The notes under the pieces were generated by a model. It worked only from the letters and a program-made list of their open reading frames with translations. It had not been told where the DNA came from and did not search any database. A stretch of 64,000 nt of DNA from an uncultured virus (IMG/VR IMGVR_UViG_3300024301_000012) (taxonomy: Duplodnaviria > Heunggongvirae > Uroviricota > Caudoviricetes), in the IMG/VR virus record IMGVR_UViG_3300024301_000012, one strand, 5' to 3'. Each line of letters starts with the position of its first letter. Position 1 is the first letter of the stretch. Made by a program: the position numbers and the translations under genes. Shown here piece after piece: positions 27,078 to 35,613 of the stretch.

Positions 27078-27668
27078 ATGTACATAGTAGAAGATACACT
27101 TGCTATGTTAGTCGCAGTAGTTACACTAACAGCAGTAAGTATGTTCGCTTATAATGAAACTGATGAAGTCCCTACAGAAGAAGTACCCGTGGTAGTAGAA
27201 GTAGAAAGAAGTCCCTCGTTTTATGAGATAGCACAGCGAGAGACTCATTGTTTAGCAACCAACATATATTTTGAAGCTCGTGGAGAATCGCTTGAAGGTA
27301 AGAAGGCAGTAGCTTTTGTTACACTCAATCGAGTTGAAAGCGAGTCATTTCCAAACGACATATGTTCAGTCGTATATCAAGCGCAGTATTCGTCATGGTG
27401 GAAAGAGAAAAGAGATCGACTTGTGCCTATTAGAAACAAGTGCCAGTTTAGTTGGTATTGTGACGGCAAGTCTGACTCTATTCGAAACACCAGAGAATAT
27501 GAAAATCTCTATCGCCTAGCTAGTGAAGTTATTCTTGGCAAACACAAAGACAACACAGGCGGCGCTGAATATTATCATGCAGATCATGTTAAGCCAGATT
27601 GGCGATTAGCATTTAACAAAACAACAAAGATAGATTCACACATCTTTTATAGAAAACTTGACATCTAG
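27078..27668 (+). CDS. cell wall hydrolase (SleB/Hydrolase_2 family)
   Basis: CLATNIYFEARGE, VTLNRV, FPNDICSVVYQ, CQFSWYCDG, YYHADHVKP.W, IDSHIFY. Confidence 0.93.
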   Translation: MYIVEDTLAMLVAVVTLTAVSMFAYNETDEVPTEEVPVVVEVERSPSFYEIAQRETHCLATNIYFEARGESLEGKKAVAFVTLNRVESESFPNDICSVVYQAQYSSWWKEKRDRLVPIRNKCQFSWYCDGKSDSIRNTREYENLYRLASEVILGKHKDNTGGAEYYHADHVKPDWRLAFNKTTKIDSHIFYRKLDI

Positions 27669-27685
27669 TCTCAATAGTGTATAAT
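27658..27685 (+). promoter_or_regulatory. sigma70-like promoter
   Basis: TTGACA, 16 nt, TATAAT. Confidence 0.65.
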
Positions 27686-27691
27686 GGTATT

Positions 27692-28552
27692 ATGACTGAC
27701 GAAATAGAAGCAAAAATTGTAGTAACTGGTGGCTGTGGATTTATCGGTTCGCACCTTGTAGATAGACTATCTGATATTGGATTTCATGTTTATGTCGTTG
27801 ATGATAAGCGCCAAGGTAAGTATGTCATTGATAGACCTAACGTAGAATACTTTTTTGAAGATGTTTCTACTTGCAAGCTAACGGAGAAGATTACACGGCC
27901 ATTAGCAATTATGCATTTAGCAAATAGTCCTCGTGTTAGGCGTTCGCTTGAAGAGCCTAGAGACACTATAGATAATAACATAACTACAACAACTGCTGTT
28001 GCTGATTGGGCAAGACACTGGCACACATTCTTGTTCTTCGCAACATCTTCAAGTACACAGTATAAAGATTCAGTCAATCCGTATACTTGGAGCAAAGCAG
28101 CGTGTGAAGGAATATTGGAATTGTATAAAGAGTTGTATGATCTTAAATACATGAAAATGTTCTTTTACAATGTGTATGGTCCTAGAGAAGCAGACTACGG
28201 TCCATACAGCACAGTAATACGAAAGTTTAAGAAAGATTATTTGAAAGGAAATCCTCTTACTATTTTTGGTAATGGAAGTAAAGAGAGAGATTTTACTCAT
28301 GTAGATGATGTGGTACAAGGCATATTGCAGTTGTTAGTAGACCCTAATCACCACGAAGAAGTACATTTCGGCAAAGGTGATCCTAAGACTATACTATCAA
28401 TTGCTCAAGCATTTAACACCTCAATCGTTCATAGTTTTGATAAACCGGGCGAAGCGCAAACAACGATTTGCAAAAAGCCTTATATAGAATGTCCTAATGA
28501 TGTCTTCAGTTACATTGATAACTGGTTGAAGGAGAACACGATTGACAATTAG
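27692..28552 (+). CDS. NAD-dependent nucleotide-sugar epimerase/dehydratase
   Basis: VTGGCGFIGSHL, YTWSK, FYNVYGP, RDFTHVDD; start moved to the ATG downstream of the promoter. Confidence 0.9.
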   Translation: MTDEIEAKIVVTGGCGFIGSHLVDRLSDIGFHVYVVDDKRQGKYVIDRPNVEYFFEDVSTCKLTEKITRPLAIMHLANSPRVRRSLEEPRDTIDNNITTTTAVADWARHWHTFLFFATSSSTQYKDSVNPYTWSKAACEGILELYKELYDLKYMKMFFYNVYGPREADYGPYSTVIRKFKKDYLKGNPLTIFGNGSKERDFTHVDDVVQGILQLLVDPNHHEEVHFGKGDPKTILSIAQAFNTSIVHSFDKPGEAQTTICKKPYIECPNDVFSYIDNWLKENTIDN

Positions 28553-28832
28553 AGTAGTAAACGAATTTATGGCTAACCCAGAAAAATTAACAGACGTTTT
28601 TGTGATAACAAAAAAGTTTAATACTCCCTCTGAGTTTTCTCAGCATATTGAAAGAAGAGCGGTACACACAAATTCTACTTGCATGGATATTCTATTAGAA
28701 TACTGTGTTAAAAATGATATCGAAATTGAGAGTGTAAACAAACTTCTTAGTTCTAGTTTGAAAGACAAATTAGAAGCTGAGGCTCAAGACTTAAACTTAC
28801 TCAAGGTGAAGGCAAATAAACTACCTTTTTAA
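28542..28832 (+). CDS. gp33: late promoter transcription co-activator gp33
   Basis: FSQHIE...MDILLEYC..NDIEIESV.KL.S.SLKDKLEAEA..LNLLK...KLPF; synteny with gp59 and gp32; start may be 28569. Confidence 0.85.
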   Translation: MTIRVVNEFMANPEKLTDVFVITKKFNTPSEFSQHIERRAVHTNSTCMDILLEYCVKNDIEIESVNKLLSSSLKDKLEAEAQDLNLLKVKANKLPF

Positions 28833-28833
28833 T

Positions 28834-29424
28834 ATGGAACCTTTTGACGTTTATAAAGTGTACATGGCACTCAAGTTACACTTTACAACCAAGAGTTACG
28901 ACATCACCCAAACTAAAGGTGCTGTTCGTGCTAAGAAAGAAACTTTCCTAAAGCGAAAAGATATAATGTCTTTTCGTAAGTTGGCAAGGGACTTTAAGCG
29001 ATCTGAAATTATCGACATCTTAGTTGCTAACTTTGTTAGTGGTGACAAGTGGGGCGGCATCTTTGATGCTAGTCTACTAGAAACCCATAAAAAGTGGTTG
29101 ACAAACAAGAAAAGAATGTTGTATAATTTCAATACAGACTTAGATAATATTCTATTTCGAATGGAAAAAGATGGAATCAAGTCTGCGATATTTGAAGGAG
29201 GTCATCCTCTAATTTTTAGAATGATTATGGGACATGATATCAACTTGGAAACAGTAGTTATGTTAGAAAAGTTGCGTCCCTTTGTGAGTAAGTACAGTGA
29301 TGATTTCGTACTTGAGGATACTTGCCTTCTTGTATCAAAATATAAACCCTTTGTTCGTTTTGACAAAGATAGTATTAATTCACAGTACATGGAGAAATTG
29401 ATTTCAATTTACGGTGATGAGTAA
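28834..29424 (+). CDS. gp59: helicase loader gp59
   Basis: VYKVYMALKLHFT...YD, F.KRKD...F.KLA, LVANF, INLETVVML, KYKPF. Confidence 0.88.
   Translation: MEPFDVYKVYMALKLHFTTKSYDITQTKGAVRAKKETFLKRKDIMSFRKLARDFKRSEIIDILVANFVSGDKWGGIFDASLLETHKKWLTNKKRMLYNFNTDLDNILFRMEKDGIKSAIFEGGHPLIFRMIMGHDINLETVVMLEKLRPFVSKYSDDFVLEDTCLLVSKYKPFVRFDKDSINSQYMEKLISIYGDE
29098..29127 (+). promoter_or_regulatory. intragenic sigma70-like promoter upstream of gene 32
   Basis: TTGACA, 18 nt, TATAAT inside gp59. Confidence 0.5.
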
Positions 29425-29569
29425 ATCTAATAAGTTTAAACCGCAAGAAAAGCGCATCAAGCGCATCGAAAAACGCCCTGAAAAGAAAATTGACAGGGAA
29501 CTAAAGAGTATAAATAAGATTGATACATCGAAGTTAGATGATGTATTCGAAAACTTTTATACAAAGTAA
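29417..29569 (+). CDS. 50-aa basic hypothetical protein (not in ORF track)
   Basis: MSKSNKFKPQEKRIKRIEKRPEKKIDRELKSINKIDTSKLDDVFENFYTK*; overlaps the gp59 end. Confidence 0.55.
   Translation: MSKSNKFKPQEKRIKRIEKRPEKKIDRELKSINKIDTSKLDDVFENFYTK
29509..29516 (+). promoter_or_regulatory. T4-type late promoter upstream of gene 32
   Basis: TATAAATA. Confidence 0.65.
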
Positions 29570-29622
29570 TATAACGCTATATATCGCAATACAACTATAC
29601 AACGCATACAAGGAGAAATCAT

Positions 29623-30543
29623 ATGTCGTTTAATTCACTATCCGATCTACGCAAGGCCCGTGGCAACTTCGATTCACTTATGAAGGAAGTTGAAAAACTC
29701 GATTCACCTCAACAAGGTAACAAAGGTGATGACCGAGAGTGGAAGCCTACAGTAGACCAAGCAGGTAACGGCTACGCTGTTATTCGTTTCCTCCCTGCTC
29801 CACAAGGCGAAGACATGCCGTGGGCACAACTTTGGAATCACGGTTTCCAAGGTCCAACTGGTAAGTGGTATATCGAAAACTCACTTACTACACTCAAGCA
29901 AACTGACCCTGTATCAGAACTCAACTCAGAGCTTTGGAACAGCGGTGTAGAAGCTAATAAAGAAATTGCTCGTAAGCAGAAGCGCCGTCTCTCATACTAC
30001 GCTAATATTCTAGTCGTAGAAGATTCAGGCAATCCTTCTAACAACGGTAAAGTCTTCCTTTACAAGTTTGGTAAGAAAATCTTCGACAAGATCAAAGACG
30101 CTATGCAGCCTGAGTTCCAAGACGAAGATCCAATGAACCCATTCGACTTCTGGGATGGTGCTAACTTCAAACTAAAGATTCGTCAAGTAGAAGGCTATCG
30201 CAACTACGACAAGTCAGAGTTTGCAGCTCCTAGCCCTGTCGCAGCAACAGACGAAGAGATTGAAGCGATCTGGAATAAGCAGCACTCACTTGCTGAAATT
30301 ATTGCTCCAAGCAACTTCAAGTCTTATGATGAACTCAAGAAGAAGCTAGACTTTGTTCTAGGATCATCTTCACGAGTCGGTACAGCAGAAAGCATCTCTG
30401 CAACTACTGGCGACTCATCTGATGATGCCTTTTTGAAGGACGTTACAGCAGCAGTAGAAAGCAGAAAAGAAACTGTAGCGGCTGTTGCTGACGATGAAGA
30501 CGATACAATGTCTTACTTTGCTAAACTAGCACAAGACGACTAG
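29623..30543 (+). CDS. gp32: single-stranded DNA-binding protein gp32
   Basis: GNGYAVIRFLP, HGFQGPTGKWYIENSLTT, YKFGKKIFDKI, GANFKLK, NYDKSEF, acidic tail. Confidence 0.97.
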   Translation: MSFNSLSDLRKARGNFDSLMKEVEKLDSPQQGNKGDDREWKPTVDQAGNGYAVIRFLPAPQGEDMPWAQLWNHGFQGPTGKWYIENSLTTLKQTDPVSELNSELWNSGVEANKEIARKQKRRLSYYANILVVEDSGNPSNNGKVFLYKFGKKIFDKIKDAMQPEFQDEDPMNPFDFWDGANFKLKIRQVEGYRNYDKSEFAAPSPVAATDEEIEAIWNKQHSLAEIIAPSNFKSYDELKKKLDFVLGSSSRVGTAESISATTGDSSDDAFLKDVTAAVESRKETVAAVADDEDDTMSYFAKLAQDD

Positions 30544-30553
30544 TAATTAGTCA

Positions 30554-30583
30554 AAAGAAAAGGGGCTTATGCCCCTTTTCTTT
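30554..30583. terminator. bidirectional intrinsic terminator
   Basis: AAAGAAAAGGGGC-TTAT-GCCCCTTTTCTTT between convergent genes. Confidence 0.9.
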
Positions 30584-30594
30584 ATCTTGTGTTA

Positions 30595-32463
30595 TTAATT
30601 ATTCTTGTGTTGATAAAATCTAAAAGAATTGTTATTGTTTCTAACAGAAGGTGAAGACACAAGAATAGGTTGTGATCCAATTCCATTATTGTTTGTATTA
30701 GTGTTAAATATATTAGTTACAGTATTGTTTATTATTTGTTGATATTTATCTGTCGTTTTATCGACCGCATCGGCCGTAGGCGTTACTAGTATTTCCGGAG
30801 ATGTTTGATTCATAATCGGTGCATCTTGTATACCAAATCTGCTTTCATCATTATAATTAGGATTTGCTTGTCCTGCTATCACTCCAGAAGTTATTTGTGC
30901 TATTCTTTCTCCCACTAGAAATTTGTCACTAGTACTTATATCGTTATCATTTATTATAGCATTCAATTGTTGTATGTCATTAGTATTCGCTAATAAATTT
31001 TTATCGACTTGACTTTTACCAAAAGTAATCTCTCTATATAAACCACTTTCTTTTGCTTCTTCTAATGCTGCTTCTTCGGGCGTAGTAACAAACGCATCCC
31101 CTACTGCTTGTCCTGCTTTGTACATTCCGAAACCAATTGCTCCCACGGCGCCAGCAGTAGCTAAAACAGGAGCTCCTATTGCTGTTAGAGCACCTGCAGC
31201 AACAGTGCTAGCAGCAATTCCTAATGCTGTACCTGCTAGTTGTCCTGTAGTAGTATTCTTTTTATCATCAATTATAGATTGACCTTCTTCTGGTGATATT
31301 TGCCCTGCTTGAACAGCATTTTCTACTTCTTCAATAGTAGTAGATTGACTATAAAGATCCATGCCGACTGTTCCTGCTGCAAGAGCAGGTCCTAAAAACC
31401 TCGATGCGCCGCCTAATCCACGAGATAGTTTAGGGAATCTAGATGTAGATCTAGATGCGTTACCTGTATTTTTTCCACTACCATTACGATTTCCCTTACC
31501 TTTATTTGTTCCACTACCATTACGATTTCCCTTACCGCCACTGCCACCGCCACCGCTTCCGGTAGGAGAACCAGGAGGAGGAAAGGGGCCATCGGGTAAA
31601 AAATCTAATAAGCCTGCAGAAGTGTTCTCACTTATCTGTTTAAGTTCTTTTAAAATGTCTTCTAGTAGTTCAACTTTTTTGTTGTCTAAAGATTCTCTAT
31701 CAATACCAGATCTGAAAACTTTGCCTCCCTGTGCATTTTCTTCATTTTTAGAGGATATTTTTTGTACAGAAGTTTTTTGTGCAGAAGCTTCAGATTCCGA
31801 TGATATCGACTCGACAACTGCTCTTTGTGCAGAACCTTTATCACCAGCTTCAATCTCTGATTTAACTTGATCTTTTAATTTACTTAAAGTGTCTTTAGAG
31901 CCTCCGTCCAAACCAAACAGTTTTTCAGCCGAAAATGCACTTGACGCCTTTTCGGTTCTAAGATCAACATTAAATAATTTTTGAAATATAGCGCCCCCGA
32001 TTGATTGACGACCAAGTTGCTTGCTTAAATTTTCTTGTACTTGATTTAGATTTAGTGCCTTATCAACTTTATTTGGATTGTCTGAAGAAAGTTTTATTCT
32101 CTCTATCTGTTTAATGGCTTCTCTAATTGCCATCACACTAGCTTCCCCAGATTTTTCTTGAGCCGCTGCCATAATTTCTATTAATTTTTTAAATTCTTTT
32201 TCAGTTTCTATATTTTCTTGTAATACTTCTTGCGCTGCTAAAGTATTTTTTTCAATAGTCTGCATTAAATTACTTGACGCAATAGATATAGCATTTTTAT
32301 TAGTCTGAGATTTGTCAAAGTTTACAGGCGCTATTGCTTTTTTTATAGTTTCAGCTATAAATTGAGCCCCTTCTTTAGAAAAACGATTTTTGTTTTCAGT
32401 GTCTATGACATTAGCACCGCTGAAACCTTCGTCACCTATATTTCTACCTGTAAATTTAAGCAT
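30595..32463 (-). CDS. probable tape measure / baseplate hub protein (gp29-like)
   Basis: 622-aa helical protein with Gly/Ala-rich hydrophobic segments; located downstream of gp26 and the gp51-like ORF. Confidence 0.55.
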   Translation of the reverse strand: MLKFTGRNIGDEGFSGANVIDTENKNRFSKEGAQFIAETIKKAIAPVNFDKSQTNKNAISIASSNLMQTIEKNTLAAQEVLQENIETEKEFKKLIEIMAAAQEKSGEASVMAIREAIKQIERIKLSSDNPNKVDKALNLNQVQENLSKQLGRQSIGGAIFQKLFNVDLRTEKASSAFSAEKLFGLDGGSKDTLSKLKDQVKSEIEAGDKGSAQRAVVESISSESEASAQKTSVQKISSKNEENAQGGKVFRSGIDRESLDNKKVELLEDILKELKQISENTSAGLLDFLPDGPFPPPGSPTGSGGGGSGGKGNRNGSGTNKGKGNRNGSGKNTGNASRSTSRFPKLSRGLGGASRFLGPALAAGTVGMDLYSQSTTIEEVENAVQAGQISPEEGQSIIDDKKNTTTGQLAGTALGIAASTVAAGALTAIGAPVLATAGAVGAIGFGMYKAGQAVGDAFVTTPEEAALEEAKESGLYREITFGKSQVDKNLLANTNDIQQLNAIINDNDISTSDKFLVGERIAQITSGVIAGQANPNYNDESRFGIQDAPIMNQTSPEILVTPTADAVDKTTDKYQQIINNTVTNIFNTNTNNNGIGSQPILVSSPSVRNNNNSFRFYQHKNN

Positions 32464-32651
32464 TATTGTTTACTCTGTTGTTTCTCTGCTTTCTTTTTTA
32501 AATGTGTTATTAGCATACCAACATAAACTTCTCTTTCCCAAGGCATCATATTTTCCAATTCACTCAAACTATAATGATGCTCTTGCATTAACAAAAAATT
32601 CGTTTTATAATAATTTTCAATCGAATCCTGAGAAAGAGTTAGCCGAAAAAA
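32463..32651 (-). CDS. gp51-like baseplate hub assembly ORF (not in ORF track; possibly reached by -1 frameshift)
   Basis: Frame reads FFRLTLSQDSIENYYKTNFLLMQEHHYSLSELENMMPWEREVYVGMLITHLKKKAEKQQSKQ*; first ATG is at 32588; stop overlaps the next ATG. Confidence 0.75.
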   Translation of the reverse strand, partial: FFRLTLSQDSIENYYKTNFLLMQEHHYSLSELENMMPWEREVYVGMLITHLKKKAEKQQSKQ

Positions 32652-33343
32652 TGATCGTAACCATTTATTAATATTTCATTTTTAGTGCCACATTCTGTGC
32701 ATTCATAATCTACTTTATGCAATAGTGTTGGTATATTTTGAAAAAACTCTGCTGATTCGTTCAATACACTCAAAGGTAAATTTGATACAAATTCTAGCAT
32801 TTCCTCAATCGTCTCTTCTTCTGGTGTTACGATTTCTTCATCTTGATAAATGTAAGATATTGAATTTAATAGTAATTCAATATCGTCTAATTGATCTTTT
32901 TTAATTTGAACTTCTGCTGATGGATACTTTAACACAATACCTGTCGTTTCAGAAAGTTCTATTTTTTTCTCAGATGTTTCGTAATCTCCTACAATTTCAA
33001 AGTCAGATAAATTCATATCATAGTTAATTTTATTTTCACACTTGCCACAACTCAAAATAAAAGACTGTGTGTCTCCAATAGATTTAGAGCGCAAGCGTAT
33101 GAATATCCATTGTATTTGATACATTGCCAAATCTTTAGAATTTAATTCACCAAAAGAACAATTTTCTATAACTTGACAACATGCAGAATACATGTCTTCT
33201 ATTATTTCTGATGCTGCTGCCAGTGTTAAAATCTTATTTTCTTTTACTAGAAAAGGTCTAAATTTAATCTTTTCTTTTATTCCTGGTACTTTTAAATCAA
33301 AAGTTGGTACATCAATTATCGGTAATGCCATTATATTCTCCAA
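32639..33343 (-). CDS. gp26: baseplate hub assembly protein gp26
   Basis: MALPII..P...KIKFRPFLVKE.KIL, IFIRLRSKSIG, two CxxC motifs, ends G...FF; start likely 33331. Confidence 0.85.
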   Translation of the reverse strand: MENIMALPIIDVPTFDLKVPGIKEKIKFRPFLVKENKILTLAAASEIIEDMYSACCQVIENCSFGELNSKDLAMYQIQWIFIRLRSKSIGDTQSFILSCGKCENKINYDMNLSDFEIVGDYETSEKKIELSETTGIVLKYPSAEVQIKKDQLDDIELLLNSISYIYQDEEIVTPEEETIEEMLEFVSNLPLSVLNESAEFFQNIPTLLHKVDYECTECGTKNEILINGYDHFFG

Positions 33344-33366
33344 TCACTATGAATTAATTTTAAATA

Positions 33367-34041
33367 TTAACTGTTTGGTTGCTTCGGTCCCTGCTGCTTG
33401 CTAAAGAAGTCACTTTTCCCGCTTAGAGCATCAAACCAAGACTTAGCTTTTTGTTCGTCGGTATACTGTGCTGGATCGCCTATCGCTTCAATACCTACTT
33501 CATCATAAACTCTTTCCCACCTCTTAGCAGCAAAAGACACTGACATTCTGATAACTCCTTGATTACTCCAAGAGACAGGAATTAGATTGATTAATTTAGG
33601 TGTGGCTTCAATGACTTTCCAAGACGCCAATACATCATCTTGAGTACTCAATGACTTTACTGTTATATCTGCTACATAATTCTCGTAAAATCCAACTTCT
33701 TTGCTATTAGTATTTGCAGCAAGCGCTATCCAGTCTTCAAAAACTTCTCTGCCAGACCAAAGCTCATCACATAAAAACGTGAAGGAAAGTTCTGTTGTTA
33801 AAAATTCAACATTCTGAGTTCTATACTCAGTCCAAGCTCCTATTTTAATAGGTAGATTAGTAGCGGCTAATCCCGGTATTTGAGCCTCCTCGCAATAAAT
33901 ACTCAGTGACCGTGTAAATCCTGGAGATCCTTGAAGTCCTGGGGGCAAATTGAATACGACTTCAAACCTGTCGGACCTAGGAGTATTCTGAGTTCGTATT
34001 TGAGATAAAAAGTTTTGTAGTTTTGTGTGTGACTTAGCCAT
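33367..34041 (-). CDS. tail tube-like / baseplate-tail tube initiator (gp54-like)
   Basis: R.DRFEVVF, CEEAQIPG, SFTF, FEDW, YENYVADITV, EATP: gp19/gp54 fold pattern. Confidence 0.65.
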   Translation of the reverse strand: MAKSHTKLQNFLSQIRTQNTPRSDRFEVVFNLPPGLQGSPGFTRSLSIYCEEAQIPGLAATNLPIKIGAWTEYRTQNVEFLTTELSFTFLCDELWSGREVFEDWIALAANTNSKEVGFYENYVADITVKSLSTQDDVLASWKVIEATPKLINLIPVSWSNQGVIRMSVSFAAKRWERVYDEVGIEAIGDPAQYTDEQKAKSWFDALSGKSDFFSKQQGPKQPNS

Positions 34042-34609
34042 TGATTATGTCTCTACTGTCTCTGTATACTTTTTGTTGTGAAGCGCCTTCGAAGTTTTGA
34101 GTTGGCAAAAATATTGCTGCTTTCCAATGTTCTGGATTTATCTTAAAAAATCTACTATTCACTTGACTATACAAATACTTCTTTACTGATGGCTTTACTT
34201 GTGGGAACTTACCAAAGTTTTTTAGTACGCTCCAGCTCACTTCTATTTTACTTTTCTCGCTTATATTCTTGTCAGTGTAGTTTAACAATTCGCCCAACAA
34301 CTTTGCTCGTTGTAGATAAGGCAAATAGTGCATGTTGATTCCTACAAACCCGCCTGATATATCATCGAAAGGTAGACACAACGGAAACTGATCCCAGTAC
34401 GGAAGTGAATCTTTGTACTTGGGATCGTAAACATACATGTACATGTTTCCAGGTTCGAGTCTTGTTACAAACTCTCCTAGATCAGACTTTGACGCATTGC
34501 TGAACGAAGTAATGTTACTCGCAACTTTACGAACATTGTCCTGATACCAGCGAAAAGAACGATCTTGTTCGCCTGCGTTTGTTCTTATATTTTCAAAAGG
34601 ATTAGCCAT
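34034..34609 (-). CDS. gp2: DNA end protector protein gp2
   Basis: PGNMYMYVYDPKYK..LPYWDQFPL, GINMHYLP, VKKYL, W..AIFLPT..F. Confidence 0.92.
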   Translation of the reverse strand: MANPFENIRTNAGEQDRSFRWYQDNVRKVASNITSFSNASKSDLGEFVTRLEPGNMYMYVYDPKYKDSLPYWDQFPLCLPFDDISGGFVGINMHYLPYLQRAKLLGELLNYTDKNISEKSKIEVSWSVLKNFGKFPQVKPSVKKYLYSQVNSRFFKINPEHWKAAIFLPTQNFEGASQQKVYRDSRDIING

Positions 34610-34614
34610 GTGAC

Positions 34615-34622
34615 TATTTATA
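34615..34622 (-). promoter_or_regulatory. T4-type late promoter
   Basis: TATAAATA on the minus strand just upstream of gp2. Confidence 0.7.
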
Positions 34623-34623
34623 A

Positions 34624-35070
34624 CTAAATACCGAGTTCTTTCTCAGTTATAATCATAAACTCCCAGTTGCGATCAAGACAGAATTCTTTGGCGGCTTCCC
34701 ATTTAGCGAGATTGACTCCCCATTGTTTGACTTCGTTGATAAATCTTTTTGTTTTACGAGAGGGCTTTTTAGGCTCTTGTGTGAATCGTTTTGGCTTCAC
34801 CTCAACAAGACACATTCTTACTTTATCTTTGCTGCGTATCTTTACAATAAAATCTACAAAGTAACGATGTATTTTATTGTCTAGCGGAGAACGATAAGGT
34901 ATGACTATCTCTTCACTGCCCCATTCTAACACAGAATCGCTGAGGTCACACCAGTTCATGAATTTTAATTCATAACTGGAGCGATAAGTAATTTGTCTAA
35001 CATTGCCTTTATACTTCGCAGGATTTCTCGGCTGGAATCTTCCTGAATAAACTTCTTTTGAATATGTCAT
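34624..35070 (-). CDS. gp4: head completion nuclease gp4
   Basis: F.P.NP.KYKG, YRSSYE, W.SEEIVIPY.SP.D...HRYFVDF, VEVKP, KWEAA, ITEKEL. Confidence 0.95.
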   Translation of the reverse strand: MTYSKEVYSGRFQPRNPAKYKGNVRQITYRSSYELKFMNWCDLSDSVLEWGSEEIVIPYRSPLDNKIHRYFVDFIVKIRSKDKVRMCLVEVKPKRFTQEPKKPSRKTKRFINEVKQWGVNLAKWEAAKEFCLDRNWEFMIITEKELGI

Positions 35071-35089
35071 CTACTGAATCTTTTTCTGT

Positions 35090-35097
35090 TATAAATA
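35090..35097 (+). promoter_or_regulatory. T4-type late promoter
   Basis: TATAAATA upstream of the ATG at 35140. Confidence 0.75.
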
Positions 35098-35139
35098 ACT
35101 TAAAATAATACTCTATTTATCTAATAGGAAATTAAAAAT

Positions 35140-35613
35140 ATGGCTACTATTGTCAAAAGAGAGGATCTTGACCGGGCTCTCACTACAGAAGAAATGGATG
35201 CTAACTTTGAGAATTTGAACACAGACAAAATTGAAAATGGAAGCGATGTAACTTTTGGTGATATTACAGGCGATCTTAAAGGATACGGTGAGGTTATGCT
35301 CACTACAGATCCTGCTACTGGCTCTATAAATTTAGATTTATCAGCAGCAAACATCTTTAGATTAAATCTCACTGGAGATACAACTGTCACGTTTACTAAT
35401 CCTCCTGCTGCTGGCAGCACTTCTGTAGCAACGATTGTAGCAATACAAGATGGCTCAGGCGGGCATACGATTACTTGGACAGATGGTGCATTTGCAGGCG
35501 GAGTTGCACCCCCTGCTTCTACGGGAGCAAATGAAGTTGATATTTGGACTGCATTTACATACGATCAAGGTACATCGTATGTAGTATCTTTATCGATGAA
35601 GGATGTTAGCTAA
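35140..35613 (+). CDS. putative virion structural/adaptor protein
   Basis: Late promoter; N-terminus LTTEEMDANFENLNTDK is shared with the ORF at 61401; QDGSGGHTITW domain resembles fibre-associated domains. Confidence 0.65.
   Translation: MATIVKREDLDRALTTEEMDANFENLNTDKIENGSDVTFGDITGDLKGYGEVMLTTDPATGSINLDLSAANIFRLNLTGDTTVTFTNPPAAGSTSVATIVAIQDGSGGHTITWTDGAFAGGVAPPASTGANEVDIWTAFTYDQGTSYVVSLSMKDVS

Noticed and set aside
31361..31870. Pro-rich plus-strand ORF and the 26-nt direct repeat at 31475/31511
   Set aside because: Antisense shadow of a Gly-rich linker with a duplicated GKGNRNGSG in the minus-strand gene
32390..32671. Plus-strand 93-aa ORF in the track
   Set aside because: It is antisense to the gp51-like frame and the tape-measure start, which better explain the region
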